A DNA stretch of 11,307 bases. It comes from Candidatus Krumholzibacteriia bacterium. GTDB lineage: Bacteria; Krumholzibacteriota; Krumholzibacteriia; WVZY01. A model generated the notes under the pieces. That model saw only the letters and a list, made by a program, of their open reading frames with translations. It did not search any database and was not told the DNA's origin. The stretch lies in contig JAZGDW010000005.1 of NCBI GenBank assembly GCA_036478295.1, positions 1 through 11,307 of the forward strand. The letters are read 5' to 3'. Made by a program: the position numbers and the translations under genes. Shown in pieces: positions 7,633 through 11,307 of this stretch. Each line of letters opens with the position of its first letter. Positions within the stretch are counted from its first letter, which is position 1.

Positions 7633-8592
7633 ATGCTCCAATATGCGGCCAGGAGATTGCTCGGCATCGTGCCACTGGTGCTGGTCATCTCGGTGGTTTG
7701 TTTCGGACTGATGCACGCGGTGCCCGGCGGGCCGACCGGCGTGCTGGGTACGAACCCGAAGCTCGACCCCTCGGACCTCGCCCGCGTGCGCGCGAACTTC
7801 GGGCTGGACCGGCCACTGCCGGTGCAGTACGCGAAGTGGCTCGAGCGAGTGATCCTGCACGGTGATTTGGGCCACTCCTACGTGACCGGTGAGCCGGTGG
7901 CTCGCATGATCTGGCAGCGTCTGCCGGCCACGCTCGAGCTGGCCGGGTCGGCGCTGTTGCTCGCGTTGCTGGCCGGGATGGGCGTAGGGATACTATCCGC
8001 GCTGTATCCCCGTACGAAGCTGGACACCTTTTTCACCATTATGTCGCTGCTGTTGATCTCGATACCGGTCTTCTGGTCCGGGCTCATGGCCATGATGTTA
8101 TTCGCCGTCAAGTGGGGTCTCCTGCCGTCCGCGGGACTGCAAACCGTCGGAATGGGTTTTTCCGTGGCGGACCATTTGCAACACCTGGTGATGCCTTCCG
8201 TGGTGCTCGCTCTCGTCTTTATAGCGAGTTGGAGCCGTTACATGCGCGCCAGCCTGACCGAGGTCCTGGCGAAGGATTTCATCCACGTGGCAAGGGCCAA
8301 GGGTCTGTCGCCAGTGGCCGTCGTGTTGAAACACGCCCTCCGCAACGCCGCGGCGCCGGTACTCACCGTTGTGGCGCTCAACCTGCCGCTGTTGTTCACC
8401 GGCGCGATCATCACCGAGACCGTATTCTCGTGGCCGGGAATGGGGCGGCTCTTTTACGAAGGCCTGTTGCGTATGGATTACAGCCGGGTTATGGGAATCG
8501 TTTTTATTGCGTCGATATTGATCGCGCTCGCCAACCTGTTAACGGATTGTGTATATGGCTACCTGGACCCCCGTATCCGACACGCCGACTAG
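7633..8592 (+). CDS. Peptide/nickel ABC transporter permease (OppB/DppB-like), 319 aa
   Basis: 'YAARRLL..VPGGP', 'GLDRPLPVQY', 'GDLGHS', 'RLPATLEL', EAA loop 'ARAKGLS..VVLKHALRNA', 'ETVFSWPGMG', C-terminal 'YGYLDPRIR'. AAGGA SD at 7617-7621. Confidence 0.95.
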   Translation: MLQYAARRLLGIVPLVLVISVVCFGLMHAVPGGPTGVLGTNPKLDPSDLARVRANFGLDRPLPVQYAKWLERVILHGDLGHSYVTGEPVARMIWQRLPATLELAGSALLLALLAGMGVGILSALYPRTKLDTFFTIMSLLLISIPVFWSGLMAMMLFAVKWGLLPSAGLQTVGMGFSVADHLQHLVMPSVVLALVFIASWSRYMRASLTEVLAKDFIHVARAKGLSPVAVVLKHALRNAAAPVLTVVALNLPLLFTGAIITETVFSWPGMGRLFYEGLLRMDYSRVMGIVFIASILIALANLLTDCVYGYLDPRIRHAD

Positions 8593-9526
8593 ACCCAAGA
8601 AGGCACCGCGTGCGCCGACACCGCCCGGGCCCAAAGCCCCGCCTGCCGGTACCGGCCACGACGGGGTCCTGCGCCCCGTGTCGCCGAAGCGCCTGCGCGA
8701 CCGGCTGCGCCGCGACCGGCCGGCCCTGGCCGCCTGCCTGCTGCTGGCCCTCATTGGGGCCGCCGCCGTCCTGTCACCGCTTATCGGCCCTCCATCCGCC
8801 GGCGAGATCGATTTCTCGCAGCGCATGCTGGCGCCCTCACCGCTGCATCCCTTCGGCACCGATGACCTCGGACGGGACGTTCTCGTGCGAATCATGCGGG
8901 GAGGAAGGGTCTCTCTCGCCGTCGGGTCGGGCGCCGTTCTGCTCGCCGTTCTGATAGGTGTGCTCGCCGGGGGCGTAGCGGGATTTCGTGAGGGTGTTTC
9001 GGGTTGGACCATCATGCGGACGGTAGACCTCTTCCTCTCGATCCCCATTTTTCTGATTGTTCTCCTTGTCTCTAGCCTGGTCGAGGCTGGCGTCCTCATG
9101 TTGTGCGTTCTCATCGGCTGCACGCAGTGGATGGAAGTGGCACGCGTGGTACGTTCCGTGGTCCTCGCGACCAAGAAGAACGACTTTGTCGAGGCGGCGC
9201 GCGCCCTCGGCGTGTCCGAGGGCAGGATACTTTTCCGGCACGTTCTGTCACACGCCAGCGGCCCCCTCGCGGTGACCGCGACCATCGTATTTGCTCAGTC
9301 CATCATGTTGGAGAGCGCGGTGTCGTTTCTGGGCTTCGGCTTGCAGCCGCCCGCAGCGAGTTGGGGCGGAATGCTGCAGAACGCCCAGAGTTTTCTCGGC
9401 CCGGCGCCCTGGGTAGCGGTCTTCCCGGGCGCGATGATTTTCGTGACGGTTCTGTGCTTCTACACGATCGGGGATTTCCTGCGCGCGGCGCTGAACCCGA
9501 AGGCTGACTCGGTCCTGCCGCGCTAA
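8555..9526 (+). CDS. Peptide/nickel ABC transporter permease (OppC/DppC-like); start uncertain
   Basis: 'PSPLHPFGTDDLGRDVLVRI..GGRVSL', EAA motif 'FVEAARALGVSEGRILFRHVL', 'ESAVSFLGFGLQPP..SWG', 'GDFLRAALNPK'. Candidate starts are GTG 8549, ATG 8555 and GTG 8678. Confidence 0.9.
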   Translation: MATWTPVSDTPTRPKKAPRAPTPPGPKAPPAGTGHDGVLRPVSPKRLRDRLRRDRPALAACLLLALIGAAAVLSPLIGPPSAGEIDFSQRMLAPSPLHPFGTDDLGRDVLVRIMRGGRVSLAVGSGAVLLAVLIGVLAGGVAGFREGVSGWTIMRTVDLFLSIPIFLIVLLVSSLVEAGVLMLCVLIGCTQWMEVARVVRSVVLATKKNDFVEAARALGVSEGRILFRHVLSHASGPLAVTATIVFAQSIMLESAVSFLGFGLQPPAASWGGMLQNAQSFLGPAPWVAVFPGAMIFVTVLCFYTIGDFLRAALNPKADSVLPR

Positions 9527-9595
9527 GAACTCCGCCAGCGCCTGGGTGGAAAAGCCGGCTCCACATACCTCGACCCCCCGCGAAACCCTTTCTGT

Positions 9596-9624
9596 TTGAA
9601 AGACACAATTATCTGGTATATATT
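9596..9624 (+). promoter_or_regulatory. Putative sigma70 promoter for the tRNA thiolase/ZIP unit
   Basis: TTGAAA (9596-9601), 17 nt, TATATT (9619-9624) in an AT-rich patch about 45 nt upstream of ATG 9668. Confidence 0.6.
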
Positions 9625-9667
9625 GCACTGGAATTCGACCGTTCCTCTGGCCGATCGGGGAAAATCC

Positions 9668-10702
9668 ATGGCAAGAAAAAGACCAAAGGGAATTGGGCTC
9701 CTGTCCGGCGGCCTGGACTCGGCTCTCGCCAGTCTCGTCGTGCGCGACGCCGGAGCGGACGTCGAATGTCTCCATTTTTTTACCGGTTTTTGCGTGACGG
9801 GGCACAACAGCCGCGTCGGCCGGCAGAACCGGCCCATCGCGAACCACGCTCTGAAGGTGGCCGCGGAGATGGGTATTCCGGTGGAGCTCTTGGATATCGC
9901 CGAGGATTACCTGCCGGTCGTTCTCGCACCGAAGTTCGGGTACGGCAAGAACATGAACCCCTGCGTCGACTGCCGCATATTTATGCTCGCCCGCGCAAGA
10001 GACTACATGGAAAAGGTCGGAGCGGACTTCGTGTTCACGGGCGAAGTGCTCGGTCAGCGGCCGAAATCCCAGATGAAACGTGCGCTGCAGGTGGTGGCGG
10101 ATGAGGTGGGCCTAGAGGGACGCCTGCTCAGGCCGTTATCGGCGAAGTTGCTGCCTCCGACGCGCGTCGAACAAGCGGGCCTGGTGCACCGTGACAAGCT
10201 CTACGACATTAGTGGCCGCAGCCGCAAGCGACAACTGGCCCTGGCCCGGCACTACGGGCTGAAGACCTTCATGCAGCCCGCCGGGGGATGCTGCTTTTTG
10301 ACGGACAAGGCATACAGCGAGAAGCTGAGAGACATCATCGAGTATGACGGGGCCGATTCCCTGCGTGCCGAAGACATTTTTGTCCTCGGAGTCGGAAGGC
10401 ATTTCAGACTCTCGCCGCGAACGAAAGTCGTGGTAGGTCGGGACGAAATCGAAAACAACTTTCTTTGGCATTACAAGCACGACCACTGGTCGGTGAGCGT
10501 CAGCGGGTTTGCGGGCCCCACGGCCATCGTCATGGGTGAACTGCCGGAGGCGGACCTGCCGGTGATCGCTGCGGTGGTCGCCCGGTACAGCGACGGCAAA
10601 CAGGAGCCCGTCGTGGAGGTCAATTTCAGACGTGGTGAAGAGATGCGTACAGTCCTTGCCTCGCCGGCTGTCGACGAGGTCGTTGAAAAACACCGCGTAT
10701 GA
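9668..10702 (+). CDS. PP-loop tRNA thiouridine synthase-like protein (ThiI/MnmA-related, no THUMP domain) with a probable C-terminal NFACT-R/DUF814-like domain, 344 aa
   Basis: PP-loop 'LLSGGLDS' near the N-terminus, 'GYGKNMNPCVDCRIFML', 'TGEVLGQRPKSQ', 'LLRPLSA', 'PAGGCC', then 'GRHFRL...VVGRDEIEN'. ATG 9668 is preferred because the longer TTG start coincides with the -35 element. Confidence 0.8.
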   Translation: MARKRPKGIGLLSGGLDSALASLVVRDAGADVECLHFFTGFCVTGHNSRVGRQNRPIANHALKVAAEMGIPVELLDIAEDYLPVVLAPKFGYGKNMNPCVDCRIFMLARARDYMEKVGADFVFTGEVLGQRPKSQMKRALQVVADEVGLEGRLLRPLSAKLLPPTRVEQAGLVHRDKLYDISGRSRKRQLALARHYGLKTFMQPAGGCCFLTDKAYSEKLRDIIEYDGADSLRAEDIFVLGVGRHFRLSPRTKVVVGRDEIENNFLWHYKHDHWSVSVSGFAGPTAIVMGELPEADLPVIAAVVARYSDGKQEPVVEVNFRRGEEMRTVLASPAVDEVVEKHRV

Positions 10703-10738
10703 CAATGGTTGAACCAGATCGGTATAGAGGGTGACGGT

Positions 10739-11307
10739 TTGAGCGCACCGCAGTGGAGTCTCGCATTGGCGGTCGTCGCGGCGCTGGCGACGGTCGCCGG
10801 TGGAGCCGTTGTGGCGCTACCCTCCAGGCTAAAGGACAAGCATCTCCCGCACATCATTGCCTTTGGAGCCGGCTTCATGCTCGCCGCCGCGTTCCTGAAA
10901 ATGATGCCGACGAGTATGGACCTCATCGCCCGGGCGCCGTTGTGGATACTCGGCGGATACATGCTGGCGCATCTGTTCGAACACACGTTCACGCCGCACT
11001 TCCACTTCGGCGAAGAAACGCACACCGAACATCTGTTGCATCCGGGCGTGAGCCTGTCCGCATTCGTGGGGCTGCTTCTTCACGCCGTTTTCGACGGCAT
11101 ATCGATTTCCTCCGGGTTCATGATAAACACCTCGTTGGGTTTGTTCATCGCGCTCGCCGTAATCCTTCACAAGATCCCCGAGGGTGTGACGATGGCCTCC
11201 GTCATGCTGGCCTCGGGCAGATCGCCCCGGTCCGCGCTCAATTCCACAGTCGCACTGGCGGGAGCCACCGTCTTGGGTAGCCTGGTCATGCTCGCACTGG
11301 GCGGGTA
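10739..11307 (+). CDS. ZIP family (ZupT/GufA-like) divalent metal transporter, truncated by the window end
   Basis: Not in the ORF track; translated by hand from TTG 10739 (SD-like GAGGGTGA 10727-10734): MSAPQWSLALAVVAALATVAGG...IAFGAGFMLAAAFLKMMP...HLFEHTFTPHFHFGEETHTEHLLH...GLLLHAVFDGISI...IALAVILHKIPEGVT. Shows the ZIP TM2 motif, His-rich loop and TM4/TM5 metal ligands. Open to the end of the window. Alternative start is TTG 10709. Confidence 0.92.
   Translation, partial: MSAPQWSLALAVVAALATVAGGAVVALPSRLKDKHLPHIIAFGAGFMLAAAFLKMMPTSMDLIARAPLWILGGYMLAHLFEHTFTPHFHFGEETHTEHLLHPGVSLSAFVGLLLHAVFDGISISSGFMINTSLGLFIALAVILHKIPEGVTMASVMLASGRSPRSALNSTVALAGATVLGSLVMLALGG

Noticed and set aside
9531..9564. 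Weak alternative hairpins after the second permease gene
   Set aside because: Short imperfect stems with no adjacent U-tract, so not supportable as a terminator.
9612..9628. TCTGGTATATATTGCAC resembles the two sigma54-like motifs and an SOS-box-like CTG-N10-CAC
   Set aside because: GG-GC spacing is 8 nt rather than 10, the LexA right half-site CAG is absent, and the stretch is explained by a sigma70 -10 element.
10700..10741. Thiolase and ZIP are in the same frame separated by a single TGA (possible selenocysteine or readthrough fusion)
   Set aside because: The TGA falls at a plausible natural C-terminus and not at a Cys-equivalent site, no convincing SECIS-like hairpin follows, and the ZIP has its own SD and start. 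Same-frame adjacency occurs by chance about one time in three.
1..11307. CRISPR arrays, tRNA/rRNA genes, IS elements, integrases, defence systems
   Set aside because: No regularly spaced repeats, cloverleaf, transposase or nuclease motifs were seen, and all intergenic gaps are under 270 nt.

Overview
GC-rich bacterial chromosomal window, densely coding and mostly housekeeping, transport and stress genes. In order: two tandem RND (AcrB/AcrD/AcrF-family) permeases (the first truncated by the window start); a convergent universal stress protein gene divergently paired with thioredoxin (trxA), which ends in an intrinsic terminator; a peptide/nickel (Opp/Dpp-type) ABC cluster of lipoprotein SBP plus two permeases with no ATPase gene; a PP-loop ThiI/MnmA-like tRNA thiolase; and a ZIP-family metal transporter running off the 3' end (absent from the supplied ORF track). 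I saw no mobile element, CRISPR array or recognisable RNA gene, and I cannot claim a novel system. The most notable signals are regulatory: two near-identical sigma54-type (-24/-12) promoter motifs (17/21 nt identical), one before the SBP gene and one before the permease genes, a hairpin-rich SBP leader, and an unusual thiolase/ZIP junction.
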